From Mobula hypostoma (lineage: Eukaryota), in the NCBI RefSeq assembly GCF_963921235.1, contig NC_086097.1, forward strand, positions 3,968,001 to 4,032,000: DNA of 64,000 nt, given 5' to 3'. The notes beneath the pieces are model-generated. The model saw nothing but the letters and a program-made list of their open reading frames with translations. It made no database searches and was not told the origin of the DNA. Below, in pieces: positions 63,662 through 64,000 of this stretch. Position numbers and translations under genes: made by a program. How positions within the stretch are numbered: position 1 is the first letter of the stretch; every line of letters begins with the position of its first letter.

Positions 63662-64000
63662 ATTCTCAGTGCACTAGCTATGTATTAACACAAAAAACAC
63701 AACATTTTGCCTTTTGGTGCACTTAGTTTACATAACTAGTTTGCTCACAGCTGTGTCAGCTTTCTATCAGTGTTTCAAGGTCTCTGATATTGGAGTGTTA
63801 AAAGAATACTTGGAAGATGCATGACACTCCTAGATTGCCGCTGATCTGTTTTTATTTCTGTATCATTACTCAATGGAAAGTTTTAAAAATACTATTTCAG
63901 GTATGTACGTTATTTTCTTGTTATGTAATATGAAATATTCATCTGTTTCATTGGTTCTATAATATTTAATCACTTAAGTTTCAAATTTTCCTTTTACCCA

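Overview
Vertebrate nuclear DNA, most likely from a cartilaginous fish and probably a ray (inferred from the CR1/Penelope/V-SINE repeat landscape and the gene sequences). It carries the 5' halves of two divergent host genes. DDX24 is on the minus strand, with five coding exons from 39689 down to 482 and a CpG-rich promoter near 44.7-44.9 kb. PPP4R4 is on the plus strand, with its first two coding exons at 55129 and 57438. Most of the rest is nested transposable elements: many decayed CR1 LINEs, one full-length L1 with both ORFs intact, a full-length decayed RTE, Nimb/I, Hero, Rex1 and L2 fragments, two Tc1 elements, SINEs and a TIR-bounded AcademX-type DNA transposon. The most interesting signals are: (i) at least eight short Penelope-derived insertions, two with a complete minimal hammerhead ribozyme core, whose 5' breakpoints and inversions cluster inside the ribozyme; (ii) the Academ element with an XPG/FEN1-like nuclease and Cys-rich finger; (iii) the intact L1, whose 5' terminus is complementary to a motif in its long inter-ORF spacer. 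All family assignments come from motif recognition by eye; no database search was run.
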